From an uncultured archaeon (GTDB lineage Archaea; Iainarchaeota; Iainarchaeia; Iainarchaeales; 0-14-0-20-30-16), in assembly GCA_964595665.1 (NCBI GenBank), contig CAZQQS010000005.1, forward strand, positions 1 to 32,000: 32,000 nt of DNA, in the 5' to 3' direction. Shown piece by piece: positions 7,333 to 16,469 of this stretch. Position numbers and translations under genes: made by a program. Numbering within the stretch: the stretch's first letter is position 1; each line of letters starts with the position of its first letter. Below the pieces are notes generated by a model, which was not told the DNA's origin, searched no databases, and saw only the letters and a list, made by a program, of their open reading frames with translations.

Positions 7333-9084
7333 TCACTTTTGCTCATAATACTTAGAAATGTATTTCATTAATTCATTTTTATCTCGAATATTTTTATCTA
7401 CTAACAAATCAAAAAAATGTTTTCTATTATCAATTTCATCTTTAATTTGTTGTAAAGATTTTCCGGAATATAACGAAATATTTTTCAAAACTTTTGAAGG
7501 CATGGACGTATCAATTAATTTATCTCTTCGAGGATCCCATTCAAATATTTTTTGTGTTCTAACGTTATCTTCTAAAACTCCCGTAATCTCAGAAATCTCT
7601 ACAATTCTTCTAATTGTTCCTTTTCTTCTATCGTGCAACCTACTTTCAACAATAATCATATCCAAACCAGACAACATCATTTTAGGAACATCCATTGGAG
7701 GATTAGTAATTCTTACAATTGTTTCTTCTGAAGAATTCGCGTGCAAAGTTCCTAAAGAACCATCATGTCCAGTATTCATTGCAGTAAATAAAGATTCTGC
7801 TTCTTTACCTCTTACTTCACCAACTATAATTCTATCGGGTCGCATTCTTAATGCATTCTTAGTTAACATTTCCAAAGAAATTTCCCCAGAACCTTCAATT
7901 CCAGGAGGTCTGGCTTCTAATCTAATCCAATGCTTTAAAGGTAAATTTAATTCTGCAGTATCTTCAATAGAAATAACTCTATCAAATTCAGGTATCAAAG
8001 AACACAAAACATTTAGCAGTGTTGTTTTTCCAGAACCCGTGCCCCCAGAAATAACTATGTTTGCGGGTTTAATTCCCAACCCCTCAACACAAGTCCATAA
8101 AAATGCAGCAACATATGAATCTAATGTCCCATTGTTTATCAAATCAATTATTGTATAAGGATCTTCTCTAAACTTTCTTATTGTTAATGTTGAGCCCAAA
8201 ACACTTGCAGGAGGTAAAGTAGCATTAACTCTTGAACCATCTGGTAAACGAGCATCTAACAATGGCTGCGAGTAATCTATTCTTCGACCAGCATATCTTG
8301 CAATTCTACCAACAATATCTTGAATTTCTTTATCTGTATAAAAAATAATATTTGTAGTCATCATTTCATATTGTCTATGAAATACATATACAGGAGTATT
8401 AGGCCCAATAATCATAATTTCTTCTAATAAATCATCTTTTAATAATAAATCTATTTTGCCAAAACCAACCATTTCTCTAACAACACTTTCAGCATAAAAT
8501 GTTTGCATACTTTCAGGTATTTTTAATTCTGGACTTGATGAAATAATTTCCATAACTTTTTGATAATAAACATTCCATCTTTGTTTTTCATCTCTAATTT
8601 TATATGGTGCTAAAGAAATAATTCTTGTTGCTGCTTCTTTAATTGTATTAATAATTTCTTGTTCACTTGTATTGGCTTTTGGTACAGGAACTTCATAATG
8701 TAAAATAGGGGAATTATTTAATTTACAAATTGTTACTTGATTATATTTGGCAATAACTTGCTTATCTGCATTAGATAATGAATCTACGTTCAAATCTTTT
8801 GTTTCTTTTATTGCACTTTCTATTTTATTAAAATCTTTTTTCTCACCAATTGAAACTTCTTTAGTTAACACAAAATCATCAGAATTATTCATTTCTTTTT
8901 CAGAATTTTTTTGAGTAGATTCCACAACTGTTTTTTTCTCACCTTTTATTAATTGTTCTAATTCAGAAAAATCTTTAGAATTATCTTTTTGATTTTCTTT
9001 AAAGTTTATTTCTGAATATCCTGGTTTTTTAATTTCTTGTTTAGGTTTTTCCTCTTTAAAAAAATCGCCAATTATATCTCCCAT
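7333..9084 (-). CDS. Type IV filament assembly ATPase (VirB11/GspE superfamily; CpaF/TadA- and FlaI/PilB-like)
   Basis: Walker A ISGGTGSGKTTLLN, Walker B/Asp box RPDRIIVGEVRGKEA, His box AMNTGHDGSLGTLHAN. The first ~130 aa are K/E/S/N-rich low complexity. Confidence 0.9.
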   Translation of the reverse strand: MGDIIGDFFKEEKPKQEIKKPGYSEINFKENQKDNSKDFSELEQLIKGEKKTVVESTQKNSEKEMNNSDDFVLTKEVSIGEKKDFNKIESAIKETKDLNVDSLSNADKQVIAKYNQVTICKLNNSPILHYEVPVPKANTSEQEIINTIKEAATRIISLAPYKIRDEKQRWNVYYQKVMEIISSSPELKIPESMQTFYAESVVREMVGFGKIDLLLKDDLLEEIMIIGPNTPVYVFHRQYEMMTTNIIFYTDKEIQDIVGRIARYAGRRIDYSQPLLDARLPDGSRVNATLPPASVLGSTLTIRKFREDPYTIIDLINNGTLDSYVAAFLWTCVEGLGIKPANIVISGGTGSGKTTLLNVLCSLIPEFDRVISIEDTAELNLPLKHWIRLEARPPGIEGSGEISLEMLTKNALRMRPDRIIVGEVRGKEAESLFTAMNTGHDGSLGTLHANSSEETIVRITNPPMDVPKMMLSGLDMIIVESRLHDRRKGTIRRIVEISEITGVLEDNVRTQKIFEWDPRRDKLIDTSMPSKVLKNISLYSGKSLQQIKDEIDNRKHFFDLLVDKNIRDKNELMKYISKYYEQK

Positions 9085-9092
9085 AAAAACCC

Positions 9093-10055
9093 CTAATTTT
9101 TTATATTAAACAAAGCTAACATAGCTTCAATTTGTAACCTATCATTTGAACCTTCAGAAATTCTAAAATTTATTTCTCCTAAAACTTCAATTAATTTTAT
9201 TTTTTGCTTCGAATCTAAAATATCTTCTGAGAAATCAACAACTTCTCTATATGTTTGATTTACTATATCTTCTCCACTCATACCATAATCATAAAGTAAT
9301 TTATACAATAAATCCCTTGCTTCTTTAAATTTTCCATCTTTAGCAAATAAAACCATTTGTTTTACTTCTTCTGGACGCGCTCTTGCACTTATATTAAAAA
9401 CATCTTTTTCAGTAATATTGGAATTTAAAACACTGCATGCTTGCAAAATATTTACTGCTTTTCTCATATCTCCTAAAGAGACATAAAAAATAGAATCCAA
9501 TGCTTTAGTATCCAATTCCAAGGTTTCTTTTTTTGCAATATCTTTTATTCTTTCAACAACATCAATTTTTTCCAAAGGTTTAAACCTAAATACAACACAT
9601 CTTGATTGTATTGGCTCAATAATTTTTGAAGAATAATTACAAGATAAAATAAATCTACAAGTCTTAGTATATTTTTCCATTGTTCTTCGTAATGCTTGTT
9701 GGGCATCTTGAGTTAAAGCATCAGCTTCATCTAAAAAAATAATTTTATATTCTGCTTCTAAAGGCAAAGTTCTTGCAAAATCTTTAATAGTTTTTCTTAC
9801 AACATCTATTCCCCTATCATCAGAAGCATTTAATTCTAAAAAGTTTCTTTCATAGTTCTCACTATATAATGCTCGTGCAATAGCTATTGCAGAAGTTGTT
9901 TTTCCAGTTCCTGCAGAACCAGCAAAAATCATATTGGGTAAGTTTTTATCTTCGGAATATTTTTTTAATCTTTCGATAATCAATTTATGGCCTACAACAT
10001 CATCTAAAGTTTTTGGCCTATATTTTTCAACCCAAGGTAAATTAGTATCACTCAT
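9093..10055 (-). CDS. rfcS: Replication factor C small subunit
   Basis: PWVEKYRPKTLDDVVGH, P-loop FAGSAGTGKTT, FLDEADALT, SRC motif IQSRCVVFRF. The track start GTG 10064 lies in a GTGAG SD; ATG 10055 (MSDTNLPWVEKYRP) is preferred. Confidence 0.92.
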   Translation of the reverse strand: MSDTNLPWVEKYRPKTLDDVVGHKLIIERLKKYSEDKNLPNMIFAGSAGTGKTTSAIAIARALYSENYERNFLELNASDDRGIDVVRKTIKDFARTLPLEAEYKIIFLDEADALTQDAQQALRRTMEKYTKTCRFILSCNYSSKIIEPIQSRCVVFRFKPLEKIDVVERIKDIAKKETLELDTKALDSIFYVSLGDMRKAVNILQACSVLNSNITEKDVFNISARARPEEVKQMVLFAKDGKFKEARDLLYKLLYDYGMSGEDIVNQTYREVVDFSEDILDSKQKIKLIEVLGEINFRISEGSNDRLQIEAMLALFNIKN

Positions 10056-10134
10056 AAAACTCACTATTTTTAATATATGTTATATATATATTTAAAGGTT
10101 TCTTTAATAATATATCTTAATTAAAAGTGAGATT

Positions 10135-10629
10135 ATGCCTTTACCTTGCACACACGCAATAATTAATACAGCAATTTTTTACCCTTTTAGAAAGCATTTA
10201 GGAAAATATTGGTTAGTATTTGCTATTTTATCAAGTTTAATTTTAGATTTTGATTTTGCATTAGCAATTATTGGAACTATATTAAATATAAATTCGATTT
10301 ATTTAGCTCATGGAACATTTGCACATAGTTTTGGGTTCATAATTTTAATTGGAATAATCTCAACAATAATTTATTTAAAAAATAAGGAATTTGGAATATA
10401 TGGCTATATTTTAACTATTGGCGCAACAATTCATTTATTATTAGATTTGATTTTAGGCGGGGGCAATTATTATTTAATTTTATTTTGGCCATTTTCTTTA
10501 GCACAATTTAAAATCCATTTATTTGAAAACTATCAAATATTCTACGAACTATTAGATGCTTTTTTAATTATTGGATTAACAATTTGGATTTATTTTAAAA
10601 TAAAAAAAGAAACAAAAAATAAAAGATGA
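10135..10629 (+). CDS. Membrane-bound metal-dependent hydrolase-like protein (YdjM/DUF457-like)
   Basis: Four or five TM helices with scattered His/Asp clusters (CTHAII, LDFDF, AHGTFAHSFG, IHLLLDL) in the order typical of DUF457. Motif-level recognition only. Confidence 0.45.
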   Translation: MPLPCTHAIINTAIFYPFRKHLGKYWLVFAILSSLILDFDFALAIIGTILNINSIYLAHGTFAHSFGFIILIGIISTIIYLKNKEFGIYGYILTIGATIHLLLDLILGGGNYYLILFWPFSLAQFKIHLFENYQIFYELLDAFLIIGLTIWIYFKIKKETKNKR

Positions 10630-10645
10630 AAGATTTAATACAGTT

Positions 10646-12229
10646 TTAAATTTTATCCAAAGCTTTTAATCTTTTATCTATTTCTTTTTCAGATTCCAAT
10701 CTTTCAAAATCATAATCTTTCATGTCAACAAATTTCATATACTTTACCAAATTAGGATGCACTCTTAAAACTTGTTTAAACATTTCTTGACAAATTAATC
10801 TATAATCTGGATGCCCTTGCCTAATTGTTCTTAATTCTAATAAATGATATAAAGCTCTTAAATTTAATTTAAAATACCATCTTAAATTATATGCAAATGG
10901 AACACAATATTGCGCTTTTTCAGGATTTGTTTTTACCAAATCCAAATATAATTCATTAGCTTTATCTAATGCGAATTTATACTTAGAATCACAACCTGCC
11001 AAAACTAAATCTTTAGGAATTTCATAACCAAAATAAGTAGTTAATAATTGTCTTTCTTGTGTTAAAATTCTATGTCTTTGTAAATCTCTATATGCCCCAA
11101 AATTTCCTAAAATCTCAAAGGTATAATCTACATTTTCAAATGCTCTTAATGGTTTATGTCTTCTATTTTTTCTCTCACCAACATAATCATAAATGATTTT
11201 ATCTTTTTCATCCTCAGTTAACAACTTTATTTTATCATAACATTCTTGCAAAGATAAATTTGAACTCTTAAACAAAATCTTCGATAAAATTTTATCTTCT
11301 GCTTCTAAATCATAATCAATTAATATTACTCGCTCATTATCTTGTCCAATTAAATTAAAGTTATTTGGATAAGAAACGCTTTTCAAATAATCTTGTAATG
11401 CTAAACCAAATTCGCTCTTACTTCGTTTAATAAATGATGGAAAAACTTTTCCTAATTCATCATACATTTCTTCTCCTAAATTTTTAATCTCATTTAAATC
11501 CGAAACAAATGATTTATTTATTAAATATTCGAATGCTCTACCATTTCCATACATTCCAAAATTTGTTAATGTACTCGCAGGCAATAAACCTCTAATGGTA
11601 TCACAAGTTTTTGCTCTCAAAATTGCTTCAAAAGCCCTCTCAGATAAATTTTCACTATTTGGAATTTTTTCTGCATAATAAGTTCTCATAATTTGCATTA
11701 ACTCACAATAAGTGTCAAACAACAAATTCATTGTCGCAATATATTTTTCTGCAAATTCTGAATTCATAATTTCTTTATCTTTATAATATTTGTATTCGCC
11801 ATTTAATTTTTCATCAAAATAAATATACCTAGAAGATTTTTCCAAAGGACTTATTCCTATTCTAGCATCTTCAAAAAATTTAGTTGCTAAATTAGAAACA
11901 TTTTCTAAAGCTATATGTGCTCCACCTAATTCTGCAACAGAATCATCCCCATATTGAACTAAAACTCTATTATAAAATTCTTCTGCTTTTTTTATTGCTA
12001 TTAATTGTTCATCAATATTTTTTACATCTCCAACAATATTTTTAAAATCATTATCTTTACTATTAAAAAAATCATCTAAAAATAATCTTCTTAAATCTTT
12101 TTCTGATCGACTATATCTTGCAAATAAAGTTCCTTTTACTACTTCTGGCAAATTAATTAATGCGAATGTATTGCTTTCAACATTTGTAAAAAAATGTTTT
12201 AATATTTTCTTTTCATCTTCATTATACAT
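10646..12229 (-). CDS. thyX: FAD-dependent thymidylate synthase ThyX, long (~500 aa) form
   Basis: ThyX RHR signature in YRDLQRHRILTQERQ in the C-terminal half. It is about twice the length of canonical ThyX, as in the known long forms. AGGTGG SD upstream. Adjacent to glyA. Confidence 0.75.
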   Translation of the reverse strand: MYNEDEKKILKHFFTNVESNTFALINLPEVVKGTLFARYSRSEKDLRRLFLDDFFNSKDNDFKNIVGDVKNIDEQLIAIKKAEEFYNRVLVQYGDDSVAELGGAHIALENVSNLATKFFEDARIGISPLEKSSRYIYFDEKLNGEYKYYKDKEIMNSEFAEKYIATMNLLFDTYCELMQIMRTYYAEKIPNSENLSERAFEAILRAKTCDTIRGLLPASTLTNFGMYGNGRAFEYLINKSFVSDLNEIKNLGEEMYDELGKVFPSFIKRSKSEFGLALQDYLKSVSYPNNFNLIGQDNERVILIDYDLEAEDKILSKILFKSSNLSLQECYDKIKLLTEDEKDKIIYDYVGERKNRRHKPLRAFENVDYTFEILGNFGAYRDLQRHRILTQERQLLTTYFGYEIPKDLVLAGCDSKYKFALDKANELYLDLVKTNPEKAQYCVPFAYNLRWYFKLNLRALYHLLELRTIRQGHPDYRLICQEMFKQVLRVHPNLVKYMKFVDMKDYDFERLESEKEIDKRLKALDKI

Positions 12230-12237
12230 TTAACCAC

Positions 12238-13374
12238 CTACAACAAAATCTTTTTGAACTTTTCTGCCAACTCTTTAAAATCTTCTTTTTTATAACCTTT
12301 TAAAGTCATTTCCTGAACTCCAATCCTAATTCCGGAAGGATTTATAACAGAAGTATCCCAAGGTAATGCATTTTTATTTACAATAATATTATTTTCTTCT
12401 AATTTATTTGCAACTTTATTCCCATCACCAATTTTACTTACATCTAAAATTACTTGATGACTTTTTGTAAACCCAAAACTTTCTGCACAAACATCAAATC
12501 CTAATTCATTTAAACTTTCAGCAAAATATTTCGCATTCTCAATAATTCTTTTTCCATAATCAAAATATTTCTCATCCAATAATTTAGCAGTTAAATATAA
12601 TGTTGGAATTCTATGTAAATGATGATTTGAAACTATTCCTGGAAACATAAATTTATCAAAATTATTTTCTTCTTTAGATAAAATAATTCCCCCTTGTGGA
12701 CCTGGAAATGTTTTATGTGTTGATGCATTAACATAATCTGCGCCCTCTTCAAAAGGTTTTTGAAATTCACCTTGATAAATTAATCCAAAAACGTGGGCCG
12801 CATCATAAACAATTTTTAATTCTGGAAATTCTTTTCTTAATTCTTTTATTGGTTCTGGAAATAAAAACATTGACTTACCCAAAACAATAAAATCAGGATC
12901 ATATTCTTTAATTAATTTAATTGATTCATCAACATCTGAAACAAACGGATTATCTTTATCTTGTGGAAAATTTTTAATTTCATAATTTAATATTCTTCCT
13001 AAGGTTCCAACTTTGTTGTGCGTTATATGTCCTCCAGAAGGTAAAGAATTTGTAATTACTTTGGAATTTTTTCTTAATGCTGTAAAAACAGTTAAATTTG
13101 CAATTGCTCCAGATATGGGCCTTAAATCTGCATTAGCAACATTAAAATGTTCTTGAAAATGTTTTTGACACAAGTCCTCTAAACAATCAATATATTTTGT
13201 GCCATTATAATATCTATTAAATGGCTTGCCCTCGGCATATCTATGTGCAAAATCATTATAATAAAAAGGTGCGACTTCATTTAATAAAACATTTTCTGAT
13301 GCAATTAAGTTAATAGTATTCTTTCGCCAATCGTTTTGATTAGTAATAACATTAACAATTTCATCAAAATTCAT
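12238..13374 (-). CDS. glyA: Serine hydroxymethyltransferase
   Basis: TINLIASENV near the N-terminus and the PLP-lysine motif ASTHKTFPGPQGG. At 378 aa it is a somewhat short SHMT. Confidence 0.92.
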   Translation of the reverse strand: MNFDEIVNVITNQNDWRKNTINLIASENVLLNEVAPFYYNDFAHRYAEGKPFNRYYNGTKYIDCLEDLCQKHFQEHFNVANADLRPISGAIANLTVFTALRKNSKVITNSLPSGGHITHNKVGTLGRILNYEIKNFPQDKDNPFVSDVDESIKLIKEYDPDFIVLGKSMFLFPEPIKELRKEFPELKIVYDAAHVFGLIYQGEFQKPFEEGADYVNASTHKTFPGPQGGIILSKEENNFDKFMFPGIVSNHHLHRIPTLYLTAKLLDEKYFDYGKRIIENAKYFAESLNELGFDVCAESFGFTKSHQVILDVSKIGDGNKVANKLEENNIIVNKNALPWDTSVINPSGIRIGVQEMTLKGYKKEDFKELAEKFKKILL

Positions 13375-13465
13375 AAAAATCTAATATATTAAAATCTGCA
13401 AGTTTATAAACGCTCGTTCCTACATAATAGATTAACTTTTAAATACTTTTTAATGTTTATAATAT

Positions 13466-14116
13466 ATGGTTGAAACAGAAATATATTTTGATCCTAATGA
13501 AGGTTATGTAATAAATCCAAAAGCTGTAAAAAAAGATTTTAAATTGGGTAAAAGTGAAATATTACATATATTGATTGCTTGGTTAGGAATTAGTTTTGCA
13601 TTTGCTTGGAAAGGTTTTGCAAATATTCAAAGCATGTTCTTAATTTTGCCAATAATTTTAATTGCAACTGCAACTGGATTTATTTTTCATGAATTAGCTC
13701 ACAAGTTTACTGCAATTTATTATGGAGCTAAAGCACAATTTAGAATGTGGCCTTTAGGTTTGGGTTTGGCTATAGCTATGGCTTTGTTTTTAGGGTTTGT
13801 GTTTGCTGCTCCAGGTGCAGTATATATTTGGGGTAAGAATATTACTAGAAAAGAAAATGGAATAATTTCTTTAGCTGGTCCATTTGCTAATTTTGTTGTA
13901 GCAATAATTAGTATAATTGTTTTAACATTTATTAATAATGCTTTTTGGGTTAATTTGTTTTCTTTAGTAGCATACGTTAATGCATTTTTAGGAATATTTA
14001 ATTTGATTCCTATATTTCCATTAGATGGTTCAAAAGTTTTTATGTGGAATAAATTAATTTGGTTATTTAGTGTATTAGCATTTGTAAGTATATTTATTAT
14101 TTTAAGTTTTATTTAG
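13466..14116 (+). CDS. M50 (site-2 protease-like) zinc metalloprotease
   Basis: HExxH inside a TM helix (FIFHELAHKF) and the second S2P motif NAFLGIFNLIPIFPLDGSKV. Polytopic. Confidence 0.82.
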   Translation: MVETEIYFDPNEGYVINPKAVKKDFKLGKSEILHILIAWLGISFAFAWKGFANIQSMFLILPIILIATATGFIFHELAHKFTAIYYGAKAQFRMWPLGLGLAIAMALFLGFVFAAPGAVYIWGKNITRKENGIISLAGPFANFVVAIISIIVLTFINNAFWVNLFSLVAYVNAFLGIFNLIPIFPLDGSKVFMWNKLIWLFSVLAFVSIFIILSFI

Positions 14117-14124
14117 GTGATTTT

Positions 14125-15126
14125 ATGATTTTTGGATTGTGTGGATATAATGCCTCTGGAAAAGGAGAAATTGCAAATATTTTAAAGGAAAAAGGATATG
14201 TTTATTTTTCATTAAGCGATATTATTAGAGAGGAATGTGAAAAAAGAGATTTAGAAAAAAATAGAGAAAACTTAGTTGCAATTGGAAATGAATTTAGAGA
14301 AAAACGTGGTGCAAATTATTTTGCCGAAATGATCTTAAAAAAAATAAATTTAGAAAGAAATAATAATAAAAATTTTATAGTTGATAGTATAAGAAATCCA
14401 AAAGAAGTTGAAACTTTAAGACAAGATAAAGAATTTGTTTTAATAGGAATAAATGCACCAATAGAATTAAGATTTTCTAGATCTCAATCGCGAGGCAGGA
14501 ATGAAAATGCATTAACTTTAGAAGAATTTATTAAACAAGAAGAAAAAGAGAAATCTTCAAAAGAAAATGCACAACAATTAGATACGGTTTACAAAATGGC
14601 TGATAAATATATTTACAATGATGGTTCTTTAGAAGAATTAAAACAAAGATTAGATTTTGTTTTAAATAATGAAAGGAAAAAAAGACCTAATTGGGACAAA
14701 TATTTTATGAATATTGCAGAAGTAGTAGCTACTAGAGCATCATGTCTAAGACGAAACGTAGGTTGTGTTTTAGTTAAAGACAAACAAATTATAGCAACGG
14801 GGTATAACGGCCCTCCAAAAGGACATCCAACATGTGATGAATTAGGGGGTTGTTTAAGAGACATTACAAAAACACCTAGTGGGCAAAGATTTGAAATTTC
14901 CAGAGCGGTACATGCTGAACAAAATGCAATTTCTCAAGCAGCAGAAAATGGAATTTCAACTAAAGGCGCAACATTATATTGTACAACATATCCTTGTGTT
15001 TTATGTATTAGAACAATTATTAATGCTGGTGTTAAAAAAGTAATTTATAAAGAATTTTATCCTGATGATGGAACAACAGATATCGCTAGAAGGTCTGGAT
15101 TAGAAATGGTTCAATTTAAAGATTAA
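14125..15126 (+). CDS. Fusion protein: N-terminal P-loop nucleotide kinase-like domain (UPF0200/dNMP-kinase-like) + C-terminal dCMP deaminase
   Basis: N-half: P-loop GLCGYNASGKGE, IVDSIRNPKEVETLR, RFSRSQSRGRNE. C-half: NWDKYFMNIA, zinc motifs VHAEQNAI and YPCVLCIRTII (CMP/dCMP deaminase, ComEB-like). Perfect AGGTGAT SD upstream. Confidence 0.85.
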   Translation: MIFGLCGYNASGKGEIANILKEKGYVYFSLSDIIREECEKRDLEKNRENLVAIGNEFREKRGANYFAEMILKKINLERNNNKNFIVDSIRNPKEVETLRQDKEFVLIGINAPIELRFSRSQSRGRNENALTLEEFIKQEEKEKSSKENAQQLDTVYKMADKYIYNDGSLEELKQRLDFVLNNERKKRPNWDKYFMNIAEVVATRASCLRRNVGCVLVKDKQIIATGYNGPPKGHPTCDELGGCLRDITKTPSGQRFEISRAVHAEQNAISQAAENGISTKGATLYCTTYPCVLCIRTIINAGVKKVIYKEFYPDDGTTDIARRSGLEMVQFKD

Positions 15127-16469
15127 AATAATTTCATTTGTTTTATTTCTTTATCTCTTTTTTCTTCTTTAATTTCCTTTTCTTTAGAATCTTTTTTTTC
15201 AATTACTTTTTTTGTTTTGGATTTTTTCTCTTCTAAATTTTCTGCATCCTCTGTCAAAACTTTATCTAATAATTTTACTTTAAAAAAAGATTCTAATTCT
15301 TTTAAATCATCTTCTGTTAAATGCGTTTTTAAATATTCTACAAATTCTAAATTTTTAATTAAAAATTTATATAAGAATAATTCGCTAGCAATTTTAGAAT
15401 TTGAGCCTCTCAAAACTTTTCCTAAAATAATTGATACTTTTTTATTTTTTGAAAATTCACTAGATTCTTTTGCTCGTAATTTAATACTTTGTGGAAAAGA
15501 AATTTTGTAAGAAAATTTATCTTTATAAGGATAAATTGCTGGCGCAATAATTCCAAAAATTAAAAAATATTTAAAAAAAAGCCAATTCTGTCTAGAATAA
15601 ATTCTTCTTTTATTTATGTCTGCCAAAGACATTAATTTGTAAGCGTCTTTTAAGTTTTTTCCTTCGTAAAATAGGTGTAAATTCTCTGCAATCCATTCAA
15701 ATAACAAATCAAAATCAATTTCTGTTTTATCACTAATTTCTTTTGCTTCTGAAAATGTTTTTGCTCTAAATAACCCAATAACTGTTTTAAAAACATCCTC
15801 TTTTCTTTCTCTTCCAAACAATAAATCTAAATGCCTATAATAAATCCCAAAAGGTTTTAGAAAGTCAATATCTAAAAATAATGCTCGTAAATCTTTAGGA
15901 TTCATTTCAATTAATTTTTCTAACGCAATTCGTTCATATTTAATATTATTTTCTTCTAAAAGATTTTCAATAATTGGATATAATATATTTTTAGTTAATG
16001 CTTTTATTTCTAATGGTTCGCAAATATCTCTTAACGAACTTAATTTTTTATCAGCATAAATGTTTGTTGCACAAAATATTACTGGGTTAGAGGATTCTTT
16101 TGCAGATTTTAAAATTAATTCAAAACCACCTCGATCTTCACCAAAAAAAACATCTATATCATCAAAAAATAATAAATTCTTATTGCCAAATAAACTTCTA
16201 GAATTAGATACTGCATTCAAAGAACTTTCAATACTTTCTTTAGAACGATCATCAGATGGATTTAATTCAAATAAAGTAAAATTATTTTTTTCAGCAAATA
16301 ATCTTACTAATGTACTTTTGCCTACACCTGTAGGCCCATAAATTAGCAAAGGTTTTTTCGAGTTCTTAATCCAAGATTCAATAGCTAAAAGAGCACTTTT
16401 ATTAAATATTTGGGACAACTCTTTTGGAGCATATTGATCAAGAACGTACACATCTAATCCCTTAAACAA
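15123..16469 (-). CDS. rfcL: Replication factor C large subunit
   Basis: LDQYAPKELSQIF (cf. EKYRPK), P-loop IYGPTGVGKST, ELNPSDDRS, Walker B-like LLFFDDID, PVIFCATN, and a long K/E-rich C-terminal tail. The ORF has no ATG near its 5' end; the track start is TTG 16469. Confidence 0.75.
   Translation of the reverse strand: MFKGLDVYVLDQYAPKELSQIFNKSALLAIESWIKNSKKPLLIYGPTGVGKSTLVRLFAEKNNFTLFELNPSDDRSKESIESSLNAVSNSRSLFGNKNLLFFDDIDVFFGEDRGGFELILKSAKESSNPVIFCATNIYADKKLSSLRDICEPLEIKALTKNILYPIIENLLEENNIKYERIALEKLIEMNPKDLRALFLDIDFLKPFGIYYRHLDLLFGRERKEDVFKTVIGLFRAKTFSEAKEISDKTEIDFDLLFEWIAENLHLFYEGKNLKDAYKLMSLADINKRRIYSRQNWLFFKYFLIFGIIAPAIYPYKDKFSYKISFPQSIKLRAKESSEFSKNKKVSIILGKVLRGSNSKIASELFLYKFLIKNLEFVEYLKTHLTEDDLKELESFFKVKLLDKVLTEDAENLEEKKSKTKKVIEKKDSKEKEIKEEKRDKEIKQMKLF

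Noticed and set aside
7358-8158. 266-aa plus-strand ORF in the track, antisense to the filament ATPase gene
   Set aside because: It lies wholly inside, and opposite to, an ORF with unmistakable Walker A, Walker B and His-box motifs. Its translation is low-complexity S/I/L/F/K-rich with no motif or RBS. Long antisense ORFs are expected in AT-rich coding sequence.
1654-9084. Interpretation of the filament locus as an archaellum (archaeal flagellum) operon
   Set aside because: There are no archaellin-sized (about 200 aa) FlaB/FlaA genes and no FlaF, FlaG, FlaH, FlaC/D/E or FlaX-like genes. The pilins are 55-65 aa and the platform is split, so an adhesion-type pilus is the better reading.
10065-10134. 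Specific TATA-box/BRE promoter calls in the divergent spacers (10065-10134, 13375-13465, 27160-27263, 31853-31940)
   Set aside because: In sequence this AT-rich, TATA-like octamers occur by chance almost everywhere. Without TSS data I cannot support exact promoter coordinates, so I note only a few leaderless-type spacings in the text.
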